Origin: Cycas panzhihuaensis
Lineage: Eukaryota; Plantae; Cycadophyta
Length of the DNA: 64,000 bases
Assembly: GCA_023213395.1 (NCBI GenBank)
Contig: CM041465.1
Location: 137,647,741 to 137,711,740, forward strand
Direction: 5' to 3'
Shown in pieces: positions 50,450 through 64,000 of the stretch. Numbering within the stretch: the first letter of the stretch is position 1; every line of letters starts with the position of its first letter. A program made the position numbers and the translations under genes. The notes under the pieces are model-generated. The model worked only from the letters and a program-made list of their open reading frames with translations. It had not been told where the DNA came from and searched no databases.

Positions 50450-50632
50450 ATCTAAGACCATCTAGTGATGCACATATGAGCAATAACAATAACAATATAT
50501 TGGCTAAATAAAGTAATACACGAATTAGTCAATAGGAGTGTGTAGACCATCTCGATGTAAGCTTGTCTAAGGCGCCCAGTGATGTATGTATGAGCAATAA
50601 CAATTACAATGTCTTGGCCAAATAAAGCAATA
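50450..50632. repeat. Diverged ~115-bp-period duplication
   Basis: AGTGATG..ATGAGCAATAACAAT.ACAAT..TTGGC.AAATAAAG occurs twice. Confidence 0.7.
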
Positions 50633-50899
50633 GATTACTTTGAATGCCGTAATCTCTACATGAGAGATCCTAGAGTTTGATAAGGTCGATACAAGAGGTG
50701 TCTCTCATCCTCTATCATGATCTGGAAACCCTAATGATCTCGTCTTCTCCATCAACTCCTCTGAAGTTCTGTATCACCCATTGTATAAAGTCATTGAGTG
50801 AGCTGTCGATGAATTGCTATTGCAGTACCTTGAGGGGTGATTCCCTTTGATGCCAAGATGTGTTTTTCCCAACATGGAAGGCCAAAGTCTACAAAGGTT

Positions 50900-51620
50900 T
50901 TAATTAAGGACTAGTAGAAGTTTGCAAAATGTGCGAGAGGAGACCTAGCAGAGTTGCCTTGATATGAACCTTTGGACTCTTTACACCTTGATGCAGTAGT
51001 CGTTGTCCCTTTATGTGGTGGCCTGCTATAAATTGCAAGTGTGTGAGGTGCATTAGAGATTTGAGTATGTGAACAACGTTTGATATCTTGTTGATTGTCT
51101 TGAGAGGCTGAAGGGCATTTTGTCTTGATGCAATAGTCATTGAGCCAAAAAATGATGTAATAATTAGCGCATACTAGAGGGTTGCTGCTATTCAAGAGTC
51201 ATTTTCTCTGAAACTGCTTTTGGAGAAAAGAGCAACACACCTATGCCTTGTGTAAGAAGTCGAGTTGGTGAGGATCCTATGGAGACTCTAAGCAGTAGTA
51301 AAATTTGTCCCTAATCTCATAGTGTACTGGGCATCGAAAAATAAAATGATCTTCAGTGACTATATGTATCCATGTGATACCAAAATAATTTTTTGGAGGA
51401 GGAAAACTCTCCCTATTGCCCACCTGCATTGTTACTTCTCATCAAATCGACTTTCTCTGAGCCCATTTTGTGTAAGAGGAGCAAATATTCTAGCTCATAA
51501 TGAGTGTATTATTTTTAAAACCCTCTCAATTCCTACTCTGTGTGTGTGTGTATAACCCTTTTTTTTTTTGTGAATACTTTACATCCATGAAACTTTCATT
51601 ACTATTGAATTTATATACCA
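50900..51620 (+). mobile_element. Possible L1 LINE 3' remnant (RNase H-like domain)
   Basis: YGDSKQ at ~51278 and VRGANILAHN at ~51475 resemble the EGDS..V and RE.N..AH motifs of plant L1 RNase H. Confidence 0.4.
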
Positions 51621-52832
51621 TTCTTGTAACTCAACACTCTTATCCTTACTTTGGTAAGAGATGTTATTTTAAAAGGGGTGAAATATCTGTGAAGATTCTC
51701 TCATGATAATTCTTTTTAAATAGACATTTAAATCCCTATGAGTTAATTCATGAATAAATTGATCATAGTGAATATCAATAACTTAATGGCATCATAATTT
51801 TATGAAATTTAAGGATTTGCAATCAAGCGAAGATTTCTTCTTGCACCATTTTGTTTTTTACAAGTAAAATCTCTATAAAGTGGGGTTGACTTGTCAATAT
51901 GAGATGCCATAAGAGAAGGGAATTTAATTTGCCAAAATCTCCTAGAAATTGCATTTGGCATCATTTGTTTAGAGACAATAAGAACTAGGTTCAAACCTCC
52001 CAAAATCTTGGCGCAAACATAATCTATGGAGGCTCGATTAAGATTACAAGCTCTAAACATACACTAATATTACTAAAGTCATCTTTGTTGCCAATGCTAC
52101 ATGTGCATTCAAATTTTGTTTAAATTGTGCATTAATGGCATATTAATTTCAAAATAACCATGCACATCACTTCCATTTCATAATTTGAATTGGAGTGAAC
52201 CCTTACTAACTAGCTAAAACAATGGCATACCAAGCTATCGTTGCTATAAACACCATGAACATTGGTCAATACATTGTCAACTCCTTATAGCACCACCTCT
52301 ATTCAAAAAACCACAAGCCACAATCAATCACAGGAAATGATGTTGCCTCAATTTGAACAAACATTCCATAGACCATATGTTCTATTATATTTTGATCCCA
52401 TTGATTGAATGTCAAATACCATAAAAACCATTACACACCTATTGGAATTAACCACGCAGGCAAAACCTACTTGTCCATCAAAGCATCAACATCTGCCAAT
52501 CACCATGCCATGCAAATTAGCCAAACATCACATGCATAAACATGAGACGTTGACCACTTTGGTTTGCATGTAAAATGACCTTGATGAAAAAAAGAGGTTG
52601 AATTATTCATGTTGATTAATATCATCAATGCCACTATAGTAAGCGCTCATTAAGCACTAACATCTTCCATTTACCATGAAATGTCGATAAGAAAAAATGC
52701 CCACCAATCACTATGAAACACTAACAAAGAAAAGGTTGAATTATGTACGTTGATCAACATCAATGTTGTCTTATTAAAAAGTGTAGATCTTTGACCATGC
52801 TAAACATAATTCCACCAACACAATAATATGTA

Positions 52833-53104
52833 ATCGCCACATAAATTTTAAATGAATTTACGACCATCAAGCACAATCACAACATCTAAGAATGTCAAAT
52901 CCACATAAATCACTCTAATACAATGCCATAAAACAAATATGTAATGGGTTGGTAACACCATCATTGCCAATTGCCACACAAAAGCGAAATGAATTTGTCA
53001 ACAATCAAGCACAATCAAAATGTTGAATATTAGCAAATTTAGAAATCACTCTAATACAATGCCACAAAACAAATATGTAATGGGTTGGTAGCACTATCAT
53101 TCCC
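52833..53104. repeat. ~136-bp tandem duplication
   Basis: AAATCACTCTAATACAATGCCAYAAAACAAATATGTAATGGGTTGGTA occurs twice. Confidence 0.85.
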
Positions 53105-56100
53105 TATCTAGACCCAGAACACCTCTTATAGACCCTTTGAAGGCAAGAACAAACCAGATTAGAAAACCCAGCGATAAATTCAACCATATCGCTAGCTTAT
53201 ACATAATACTAATAATGAACATTGCACCTAGTGTAATATTTCTAATGATTGTGCAAACCTTCATCAACCAAAGTAGTTGGATATATTCAAAGTCGAATTG
53301 CCTAAACCTACACTCGAACGATAAGCAATTACTTCCACACCAAAATCTCCATGCATCACATAAGGATTTAATTCTGACCACCAAAACTCCCCATAATCGA
53401 ATGCTAAAACCATACCAATTAGTTGAAGGAGCGCAATCCCATAGAGTGATGATACCACGAGACTAACCTTGAGCTCCACCCTCATAATAGAATATTTATA
53501 GCCATTCCATAGTTGGTTCGAGCCAAAAGATTCTTCTTTTGTCATTTTAGTTTATTGAAGATGAAGAACATTAAGAATCCATTCCCTAATACATTCTCTT
53601 AGGGCTTGTATTATAGAGGTCAAACTTAGACCTCACATGTTTTATGATACAATAATCATTTTTGTCCTTGATGGGATGATGCCCTTTCTAGCTTTGGGAG
53701 CTCCTTCACTTATGTTGGGATTCTTTATCTTTTGGACATCCAATGTGAACTTGTCTTTACTAATTCTCAATTGGGAATGAGTCCCACTTTCAATTCCTCT
53801 TGAAGTTTCCATTTAAAGAATTTCCAAATTTGATTGTTTGCCTACCTTCCTTCTATTAGTGGGCGAGTCGACCATTGAGTGAGGTTGAAGAGTTGACTCA
53901 TCCCCTACATTCATGGTCAACTCCTCCTCTCAGGAAATGAGGAGTTGATTATTGACAATTATCTACCTACCTTCCTTCTTTCTCCCGCATAATATATAAT
54001 TACATAAATATTAAGTGTTAGATAAAAAATTAATTATTTTATCTTTAAATTTACTAGAAGATGGGAGGATTGCCATTGATGTGCTTCAATCTTTAGTAAG
54101 TTGCTTTAATGTTCAACAAGTTTATTAATGTCCATATGAAAATAATACCATCTACTAGTCCACATGGGTAACTAGTTATTATAGCCACTAATTCACTAGG
54201 AAGATTATTTGGTTCGTGGTTTAATCAATCATAATAATAGCCACACTTTAAGAATATGTCATTTTATATATGGGTTGAATGTGCTAAAAATACATATAAG
54301 AGTAGCATAAATTTTGTATCTCATCTTTTACTTTATAGGACTAGGCAATTTCTTTAGTATCTATTGGCTGAAATTACAATAAACATTGGCTATATTAACT
54401 AAAAATACATGAGATATTATTATTATTAGTTATAAATGCATAAGAAATAGGCTCTTTGGCCTCACAATTGCCCTCTTAGACTTATATAAGTCTAATAATA
54501 CAAATTGGCATTGACTTGATTAAAGGATATCACTCAAACATAAAAATACTCTATTTTTGATAAAATTTAACTTTCTAAGGCTCTCGAGAGTTTAAAAGTA
54601 TTTTCATATTTTCTTCTCTTCTTTCATTTTCCCCTTTATTTAGAGTGTGGTTATATATAAATAGATATTTGAAATCATAAAAGAAAGGTTATGATAAATA
54701 AATATGCCAGAAAATTTGAAACAAGAAAAAAAGACAAACCTACAAAAGTAACATTTGCCTTGTATTGATTTCAAATATTAGAATATCCATTAAATAATCA
54801 CCAAAAGGGTTTGTATGACTAGTTGTTTTGAAGGTAAATGAGTCATCTCCTCAATGCAATAGATTAGAAGTCTAAGTTTTATAGTTAAAGTTAGAATAGA
54901 AAAACTACAAGCATGTCATAAAAAAGTTAATTAATATTAAAAGGTAAGTTAGCCTCTTTTGTTGGGGGCTCTAGTCATGTGGGCTAATCTCTAGGGGTTG
55001 GCGAACCTCAAAAAACATTCTAATTTAGTTAAACTAAGAGAAAACTTTGTAAAAAAAATTATTAGAAATCTAATTTTTTTTGCCATCATTCATTTTCAAA
55101 ATTTGTGCTCTTGTGTTTTGTAGAGGGCATCTCTACAATGTTATGGACTCTGGAGTATCTATGAATCATGGCGTCTATGTGAGGGACAAATGTTTGAAAC
55201 CAATTCTATCTTCCCTTTTTGATGACTTGAACCTCACTTGTTGATTTTCATGCGTAAAGTTAGAAGTGGTTTTAATTTAAAGGTAGTTAGGGTTCTCATT
55301 CTCAAGAATCTCTTTAATAGGCAGAGTAAGATGACCTTGAAAATACTTTGTTGCATAAGATCCACACAAAAGTATGTTTTTACCTAAACTTTCACCAACA
55401 TTTAGACATTCCTAAAATTCTCTGCATGCAATTTGGCCAATCAAGTGGCTATGTTTTATTTTTCACAAAAATGAACTAACATGTTTTTTTTGCTTTCATT
55501 GAAATCCTTGGCCCACTTAAGTTCCTTGTTTATATAAGCATAATCATTGGAGTTTCTAGCCCTTTTTGTTCTTAGCCATGAAGAAAAGATTGACCATTGA
55601 ATAACTTCAAAATCTTTTGATTCGCCTAGCATTAACATAATTGTGATCTCCAACATCTTCAGATGTTATGTTTTTTGCAATTTGTCAACTTTCTGTTGAC
55701 ATTACATTTTCTTTGATAGGATGAGTTTGCTTAAGTTTGTGCTTCTTTTTTTAAAGTTGTTTCTTTCCTTTAAATAAGCTCTGCATTTATGTAAATGACC
55801 TAAAAATCCTTCACATCTTCATCTTTCACTTGACTTTATATGCTTGGGTGGTTTGTGTTATAAAATACACAAAAAACACAACCAAAATAATATTGAAAAA
55901 CAAACTTTAACTAGCACCAGAATAACACTCTTCAAAGAGGTTATACATCTTAAGGATTAAAACCAAAGATAACCCCAAAGCTTCAACATATGCAAAAATA
56001 GGGGTAATAACTTAGAATCCTAGCTTTGAAATAGTTTTTACAACCCATAGATCATTTTCTTTTGCTTTATTTATTATTTATTATTATTGGCCATATCATC

Positions 56101-56756
56101 AAACATTAATTACTTTCATGAAGCAACTATTCTTTTTTGCATTAAAATCCTTCATGGGTCTATTTTGAATCTTATAGGCTTAAAAGACAACCACTTGAAA
56201 CCAATTTTTCTTTATATGCATCAAAATCCTTGTGGGTTTACCATGGCAGTTTTTCAGCTTTGGCATATAGTTGTTGCAACTACCAAAAAGAAAAAGAAAA
56301 ATAATAATATTTTTTTTTGCAATCTTCATTTGGTATCTGCAACTATTAGTTTAAAAAACTTAGAAAACTTGAATTTGTAGCCAACACTAAGATTTGCATG
56401 CAATATTATTATGGGGTCCTATGGTTGTGAAAAAGAGGCCATAAGGCAATTTTAAGGCATCAAATATTATTTAAACACCATGATATTTTTCTTCTTTTTT
56501 TTGAAAAATAAAAAATGTAAATCTTGATATGTATTTTGCTTTCTAAAACTATCTGTAATATTTCAAAATAATTTGCCTAATAAAACCTTTCTTTTTCTTT
56601 TTAAAAAATACAACTATTAAATGCATTTTGCAAGATCTTCCAATGGTCACTTTCGAGGGAAAAAAATAAGGTTATATGAAGATATCAAAGTCTCAAAAAA
56701 ATAGCTCAAAAAATTTAAAGAAATTAGGCTCTAAATTCCAAAGGATCAAAACTTTG

Positions 56757-57088
56757 GCTTTGATACCAAATATTGAGTGTGGCATTGCTCTAATACCATA
56801 ATGTTAGGTATTAAATTTAATTTTGATACTAAAATATTATGGACGATTAAGTGGAAGTAATGCATGGATGATAGACCTAACCATAATTGAACATGGGACA
56901 TGCAATGAGTACAAAATATCATAATTAAATGCACAAGTATAATGAAATATACACAGAAAGGATATACACAATATGTGGAAGAATAGTTATTCATAATTAT
57001 TAAAATATGGTGTACATATTTATAAAACAACTCATTTCAAATTAAGAATCTAAAGTTAATTATTGTATGCTTGGTACACATTTCAACA
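56757..57088 (-). mobile_element. Decayed 5' LTR (~56772-57088) with tRNA-Met PBS
   Basis: GCTTTGATACCA at ~56757-56768, followed by TATTGAG...TTTCAACA. Confidence 0.55.
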
Positions 57089-57319
57089 ACCTTTATAGGT
57101 GTTCATAATAAAATATTCATAAATTATGTGTAAGAGAGTGAGAGGATTTGGTATATCATTTGATATAATTAGATATTATATCCAATACCTATTTATAAGC
57201 CAAGAAGAATATCCTATGAGTTATTCCTTGGGGATTGCTTGAAGAATGAATTGGTGTTTGTAGCACCACCATAATCGAGCTTACAAATGTTCTCCAAGAG
57301 GAATAGACCCATATCTGAG

Positions 57320-59289
57320 ACTAACTTTAAGGGTAAATAGTGAGATGAACTTTTCTCCTTTCTTATTCTCTTATGTTTAACATCTATCACTAGTAATAAC
57401 AACCATTCTAAATAATAGGATTCAAATTACTAGCACATTTAAGTAAGAAAAGTACGTGGCATGGTCAACTACAAATTATTGTAGTGATTGAAATACTAGG
57501 TTGATTATGACTACAAGAATACAACTGCTATAACTACTTCAAGACATACTAATTAATAGATCTGGATAATAGACCTAAACTTGCATCAATAATAGAAAAG
57601 AACCGGGTCTTTGACAAAAGCTTAGAAAAGCGATAAGTGATAGAATTGAAGCTTAAGTTAGAAAACAAGGGAAGGAATACTTGACGGATAATGATATGTT
57701 AAATGAAGAGCAATATCAAGACAAGCATAGATTTGTGAAATCAAGTATAGGAGGATCCACATCAAATAGTAATAAAGTGAAATCACAACACTAATAAGGA
57801 AGGGTGAAAATGGGGCAAGGTGCAAAATAAAGGGAGAATGTCAAGGAGGAACATAAACCACAAGGTAAAAGAACATAAGTAAATGAAGAAACAAGGGATA
57901 TAGAAAGCATACAAAGAAAGGTGAGTCAAATAGAAGCTTTGAAAGCTCGGGGACTACCTCTAGCTCAAAGGACACTTATAGTTCTAATAGTCTTGATGAG
58001 TCTAATATGTAATATTTATGGAGTCTAGAAAGACGACATCACTTGTTATGAACTAATACCCACCCCTTTTTAGGTGAACCAACATGTTTATTGGGTAATG
58101 GAAACCTTTTGCGTCATATTTAAGATGCAGAAGATCAAAGGAAGATCATTATGGAGTCTTATTTTGGAGCATTAGCTATTTGGAGGCTGGTGTAGGTAGT
58201 ACTGATTCTAGGAGGAGCCCTTACCTTGAAGAGGACTAGTATTCATTTTATTTAACTCATTTTTTAAATTACTTCTTTATAATTAGCATATTTCTATTAA
58301 TTGGTGTTATTCATTAGTCGATGTATATTACTAAATCTAGTCAGTTCGTAATATGATCATAAAAAGGAAAGAAGAGAATAAAAGGAAATAAACAATTATA
58401 GAAGAAAATTGAAACTTCCAGACCATGAAGGAGAAAGAGGCATGGGAGAAGAGGTCAAAACCTGGATACATAACCTAGAAAGATACTTTGAGTTAAAAAG
58501 ACTAGGTAGCTATACCAAGACCTCAATAACCATCTATCAATTAATGAGACTTGCATTCACTTAGTGATATGACAAACTCCATAGTTACAAAACAAAAACA
58601 AAGTTTATCCCTTAGAATAAGTTAAAAAAGAAATTTTGTAATAAATTTACCTCTAAAAACTTCTTATAAGATAGTCAATACTTTTTGCAATTTAAAGTAT
58701 AGAAGCCTTAACATAAGTGAGCATAAAAAAAAAATTGAAATCCTTAATAGATTTATACATATTATCTAAGGAAAGGATCGACTTATAAGATTTATTAATG
58801 GATTGAATTAAGAATGTTGCACTTATGTATGGGTTCATAAGCCTAATTTAATGGACAAAGCTATAATATTTGCGAGAGATATGGAGAGCAAAGGAGGGAC
58901 AAAAGGGAGGAATGGTTACATGAAAGGGAAGGCACTTGCATGGGCGTACACTTAAACACAAAGAAAAACATATAAAGTAAGTAGAAGGGATGATCATAAA
59001 GACTAGGATAGCAACTAAGATTATCAAAGCCTTTGGATGCTACTAGAAGCCATAATAGCTCTCAAGAGGAATAATCTTACTGAGGTTTATACAAGAAATC
59101 TCCTAGGTAGTTAAGTAACTAAAATTAGGTCCAAAATTAATGAAACAAATTTAAAACTATAAATTATTGGGAATGCAAAGAAGCCACAACCATAAATGCA
59201 CATACATGTTATAGTTGAATTGGGTAAAATATATATGTAATTATCTTTGGTGTAAGTAAACAACAAAATAAATGAACAATATTTTGTTG
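57320..59289 (+). mobile_element. Paralogous copy of tandem unit 1, including the uninterrupted old Gypsy LTR (58044-58353) and gag remnant
   Basis: Aligns with 4619-5507/11141-12295 and, from 58476, more closely with 1-821, including a shared ~80-bp deletion. Confidence 0.85.
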
Positions 59290-61702
59290 TGTTACGGATC
59301 TTTTCCGTAACTGGAGCACAATTTAAAAGATTCCAAAGAACATAAGTACACTTGAAAGTAAATTTGCAGTGAAAAGACCAATTGGTATTGATTGATAAAA
59401 ATAAGTGATGATCTTCAATACATTGGAGGCCTCATTTATAAGTGCATGATAGGCCTTTTCAATTATAAGTTACAACTCTTGGAGATGCCCTTTCACTTTA
59501 ATTAACAATTACTTAATCCCTTTAAGGAGGTCTGTAACAATTCCTCTCCCTTAAGATGTTTCGCCCACGAAACATAGTCGAACAATTGCAATCCCTTAAA
59601 CATATGCTGTCCTTCGTTGTAGTGGAGTCCATTAAGTGATTAGACGAATGTTGCAGGTATTTATTGGAAGATTCCTCTGGTTGAAAATCTCAACAGTATT
59701 TTTGGAGTGCTTATGGTTGCTTTTTGACTTCTTCAACCTGATTCTCGCGTAATATGACTTTAGTTTTGTTTGATCTTTTTCTTGATAACGTGATGGTTCT
59801 TCTTTCTTTCTTAAATCATATAAACTGCTCATCCATATTCATTTCGAAGGTTCTAAGTGTACTGAGCCATTGATTGCCCAATACAATATCTACACCTCTG
59901 ACATCAACGACGTAGAAATCTTCTATAATGTTGACGTCGTTTAGCGTGATGTTAAGGTTCTTCATTATACCTTGGCCAGAGATTACCTGCCTTCCTCCAA
60001 CAGTGACCTGGAAACGAGGAGTCCTTAATGGAAATAACCTCAGTTATTGTGCGCAGTTTCGATCAATAAAATTGTGTGCTACCTAAATTTATCAATATTA
60101 TTACAACTTGATTTTTGATAGATCCCTGCAATTTTAAGGTATTTGATTGATTAAAACTACTCATATATGATAGTGACATTTGCGAATGGTCGTCCTCGAG
60201 ATTACTGTGGCTTTCTTGATGTTCTACATGATAACAATTTCTTTGATTATTTTTAGATTCTTGTTCTTCTTCATCAATATTGTCATTTGGCAGTAATTAG
60301 ATTGTATATAGCTAGTTCTTTTGACATCTATGCACAGGTTCCCACTTTTCCTCACATCTGAAGCATAGGTTTCTTCTTCTTAACTCTTCTTGTTCTATTT
60401 TTGTTTTTTGAATGATTAGTTTGGCAGGTCAATTGATTGATAATTGTTTATGCTGAACACTTGGTAAAGGATTATGTCGACCAGGTGGAGAAATATAGAG
60501 ATCTATGCCTGTTTTGCATAAGGCATTGTGTTTATCTTCATGTACTTTGGCTAACTATATTGCTTTGTTAAGGTCCTTTGGTTCTTGAATTTTAACATCA
60601 GCTTAGATCTCTGTTTTTAGACCATCTATATATAACTAGATAAGTCGACTAGTTGGAATATCTTCTAACGCATAACTTAGCCTCGTGAATGCTGCATTGT
60701 ATTCTTCCACAGAACCAATTTGTTTTAATTTTCATAACTCATAATAATAATCACGATTAGATACGATTTCAAATCGCTTAATGAATAAATGCACAAATTC
60801 TTTCTAGGTTGGTAATTGATCTCGAAATGAAGTTTGCTCGAGACACTGCCACCATTTACACGCTATGCCATCCATGTGTAGGGTGGCTATGAAACTGCTC
60901 TTAATCTCCATTAAGCGAAATAGTTTTCCATTTGTTGTATCCACACTCTTGACTCATGCAACTTTTGCTCCATCTTTGAAACATTGTATAGTAATTTCTT
61001 TTCTTTTTCTATGTTTGAATACTTTGTAAGCAGTTAAAGTATGCTTGAAAACCTACTATCTTCTGTTCTTCAGGGGTCAAATTGTGATACTCATTAAGGT
61101 ATTTTTTGATAGCTTCATTCTCAGTATTAATTAGAGTCGTCTTAGGACTGGAATATTTTTTAACAATATGATTTCTGATATGGGACTGTCGACTCATTGC
61201 CTCATCCTCTGAATCTTGAACAATCATGTCTTCTTTTCCATCCATTGCTAAGATTATCAATTTATCTAAGATCTAATGTAATGTATGATTTAAGAGCACA
61301 TTTGATGTCTGGATTGCTTCGTAGACTGCTTGAGTGATCGGTTTGACAATATCCTTTTGAATGGTATTATCTACCATATCTTTAGTATTCATTATTTTAA
61401 TGATTGTATAAGTACGGTTCCAATGATCCCCTTCTGTAACTGTCGCCAATTTGTCGGTTATACTAACTCTTGTCGAGAGGATATCGATTGAATACGTATA
61501 TGTGAGCACAATATAAGAATCGTCAAGATAAGCTTTAGTGTTTGTCAGAGTTATAGTTCCTCCATCGCCTAATATTTGACTGATGATATATTTTGTTTTT
61601 AAAATAGTATGTTTCACCTTTAAAGCTTGTATAAATTGGGGCAATAATTTGACAATAATTAAATGTTTGATTTGTTAAGAACGTAATGAGAGATTTAACT
61701 TA

Positions 61703-61783
<81 letters not shown>

Positions 61784-62528
61784 CATATGGGGTATTAATA
61801 CAATATTAAAGGCTCATTATGTTATGAGGGCGTGAATTAAGTGATATTTAATATATGATATCAATAAGGTAAAGTAATATATGAATAACTTATATATAAT
61901 AGATGAGATGAATATTATTTAAACATTATTAGAGATATAATTTAAAGAATTAAATAGCGTAGGGTTTTAAAGGTGACACGAATGCATAATATATATTACC
62001 TTTGGGTAAGGATACACGTAAAATTGCAGGAGCTATTGCAATGCATGATATGAAGCGATTTATAATATATGGATAGCATAATAGAGCAAGGCAAATTTTT
62101 GAATGATATATGCACACCATAGTGACAAAAATGACTACGTGGTAAGAGGCAGCAGCCTTGGCTGGAAGAGATGATGATAGCAGTGAATCTGCTGAGCAGT
62201 CAAGAGAAATTAAATAAGGCGATGAAAAAATCAAGGATGCAAAGAATGAAGAGATGTAGGCAGAACAAGATGACCTCTGATAATGGAAGGAAAAGATGAA
62301 CGGATGACGATGAAGGAAGACTATGCAATAATAGAGAACAACAGCAAAAATAGCGAGAGCGATGAATCACGGGAAATGATTTTGACAACGATGGAATATA
62401 GACGCATAAACCTGTAATATCCAAAAACGATGCTGACACATATGTGTGTTGGAAAACATGTCGCAAATATGTATATATGAATTACGTGAGGGCGAACTTC
62501 GTAATACATACGTACGCTCGTATGGACC
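59290..62528 (-). mobile_element. Second copy of the gag-protease element (3' LTR 59290-59539), interrupted at 62529
   Basis: Same left flank and TGTTG site; ORFs 61009-61260 and 61273-61644 are paralogous to 2545-2796 and 2953-3180. Confidence 0.93.
61704..61777. repeat. (TA)n microsatellite, ~37 units
   Basis: Read directly. Confidence 0.97.
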
Positions 62529-63308
62529 TGAAACGCTCTCCGCGGGGCGGTGATCCAACGTCTAGCGGAAAGGGCATAAAAGACGATATGCTACTTAAGC
62601 TAGATAGCGAGGATCATACCTCGCAGGGCATCCGTGCACCGGAGCGCGGGTACGGGACTACAAGGTGCCTGGTTGCTTCCAGGTAGCCATGCAAAGACGA
62701 GGCCTTCCTACCCTTCGGATGGCCGGGAAGGAAAGGGAAACCTCGCGCGCCGCGGCTTCTCAAGGCAATGAGAAGGCGACGAGGGGGCAACCAACCTAAT
62801 GTGCAACGGGTGCGAAGTAAAGTATGGCTAAGGGGTATAACATGAACGGGTCCTCTATTCCTATGTTGTGTAAAGTAAAAGAACAGTGCAAGAAAGTAAT
62901 TGTAAAATGAAAGATTATCTTCCTTTTCCTTATGTTTTCTTTCCTTTGTCTATCTATCACGGTAAATGTAAAGAGACAAAAGAGCGTAAAGAAAGCACGA
63001 AAGAAATGCGAAGAATACCTGGATCCGGCGTTCGAGTAGAAGCACTGATTCCCCTTCTAGGTTGCGCTCCTTTCCTCCTTCCTTCGCGCATGCAACGTCG
63101 ATCGATGGTAATGAAGGGGGTTTACTTACCTCCCCTTGAGCATGCAAGAACTAGATAAAACGAAAGGACGGAGCGAACTCAAAGCGAAGGGGAGAAATCC
63201 GTGCGAGAAGGCCGACCGACGGGTTGATCTCGCGCACCACTTCCTCCAGCGATCCTGCGAACAAGCGGAGAGCACCTTCCTCTCGGAGAGAGGCTACCAA
63301 ATCTGACA

Positions 63309-63348
<40 letters not shown>

Positions 63349-64000
63349 AAACGAAATCAACTAAGATAAATAATTTAAGCTGTGCACGAGCGTAACAAAA
63401 ATGAAACAAAAGGCGCATGGTAAGCATATACAACATCATGCGCCATAAAACATACTACATGGGACTGAGTATAGCCTCGGGATGGCTAACTCACCCACGG
63501 GAGGTCTCCACGGGGTTTGGGAAGGCAATGCTAGCGGGTAACAAGGCGGAGAAGAGTAGTGTTGGGTTACCTACACCAAGTGGAAAGCTCAAAGCAACTC
63601 TCTTAGGCTTCCCTAACCCCGTTTCCTAAGAAAGCGCAGGTGGTAAAGGGAGAGAGGACAAGGGATGGAACCCTTGGGGAGAAGGACGGCAATGGGGGAC
63701 GGAACCCCGCCTATCTCCCTCAAATCCTCATGTGAAACCCTTTATATCGGCTAACTCAGAAAATGGTGAAAGAGATAGCTTAGAGGGAAAGGATAAATCT
63801 CAAGGAAATGCAAGAAAATATACCCAATCTAGGGTAGCACTATAGGAAAGCTACAACTAGCTAAGATTACTTTCATTGAATGACAAAGGGAATATCAAAG
63901 AAAGTGCATGCAAAAGGGGGAAAAGAGCTTGCAAGTAGAACAATAAAAAGCAAGGAAAAAAGCACCAACAAGAGACAAGAAATACCTTGGATGAGAAGGA
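62529..64000. mobile_element. Young CpG-rich insertion, probably a long LTR, running off the window
   Basis: Homology to the first copy stops right after GTATGGACC and the new sequence begins with TG. High CpG content; contains (AT)18 at 63311-63346. Confidence 0.7.

Larger units (their letters stand above)
58476..62528. repeat. Segmental duplicate of positions 1-~4040 (offset ~58.5 kb)
   Basis: Continuous colinear alignment across flank, TGTTG target site, LTR, internal region and (TA)n. Confidence 0.95.

Noticed and set aside
53100-53620. Possible Copia RT/RNase H relic
   Set aside because: Motifs are too degenerate to support by eye.

Overview
Plant nuclear DNA (AT-rich, CpG-depleted, transposon-dominated; a gymnosperm-like large genome is plausible but is only an inference). 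There is one host gene: a minus-strand LRR receptor-like protein (13615-16760) with signal peptide, LRRs, island domain, TM helix and short tail. It has one 97-bp intron and an apparent frameshift near 15740. The rest is nested LTR retrotransposons: a near-complete Reina-like chromovirus (5508-11135, TSD CCTTG); a non-autonomous gag-protease Gypsy (822-4488, TSD TGTTG) whose ORF starts with a possible captured Bet v 1/PR-10-like domain; an RT-less Ogre/Tat-like element (~22110-30946) carrying an antisense Plant Mobile Domain (PMD) gene, plus a sister copy (~32740-36130); two degenerate Copia elements; a TRIM; and several fragments. The window start (1-~4040) is repeated ~58.5 kb downstream with the same insertion site, indicating a large segmental duplication. 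A ~2.2-kb tandem duplication with an ACTAA microhomology junction is also present. No rRNA, tRNA genes or CRISPR arrays were found. All alignments and counts were done by eye and are approximate.
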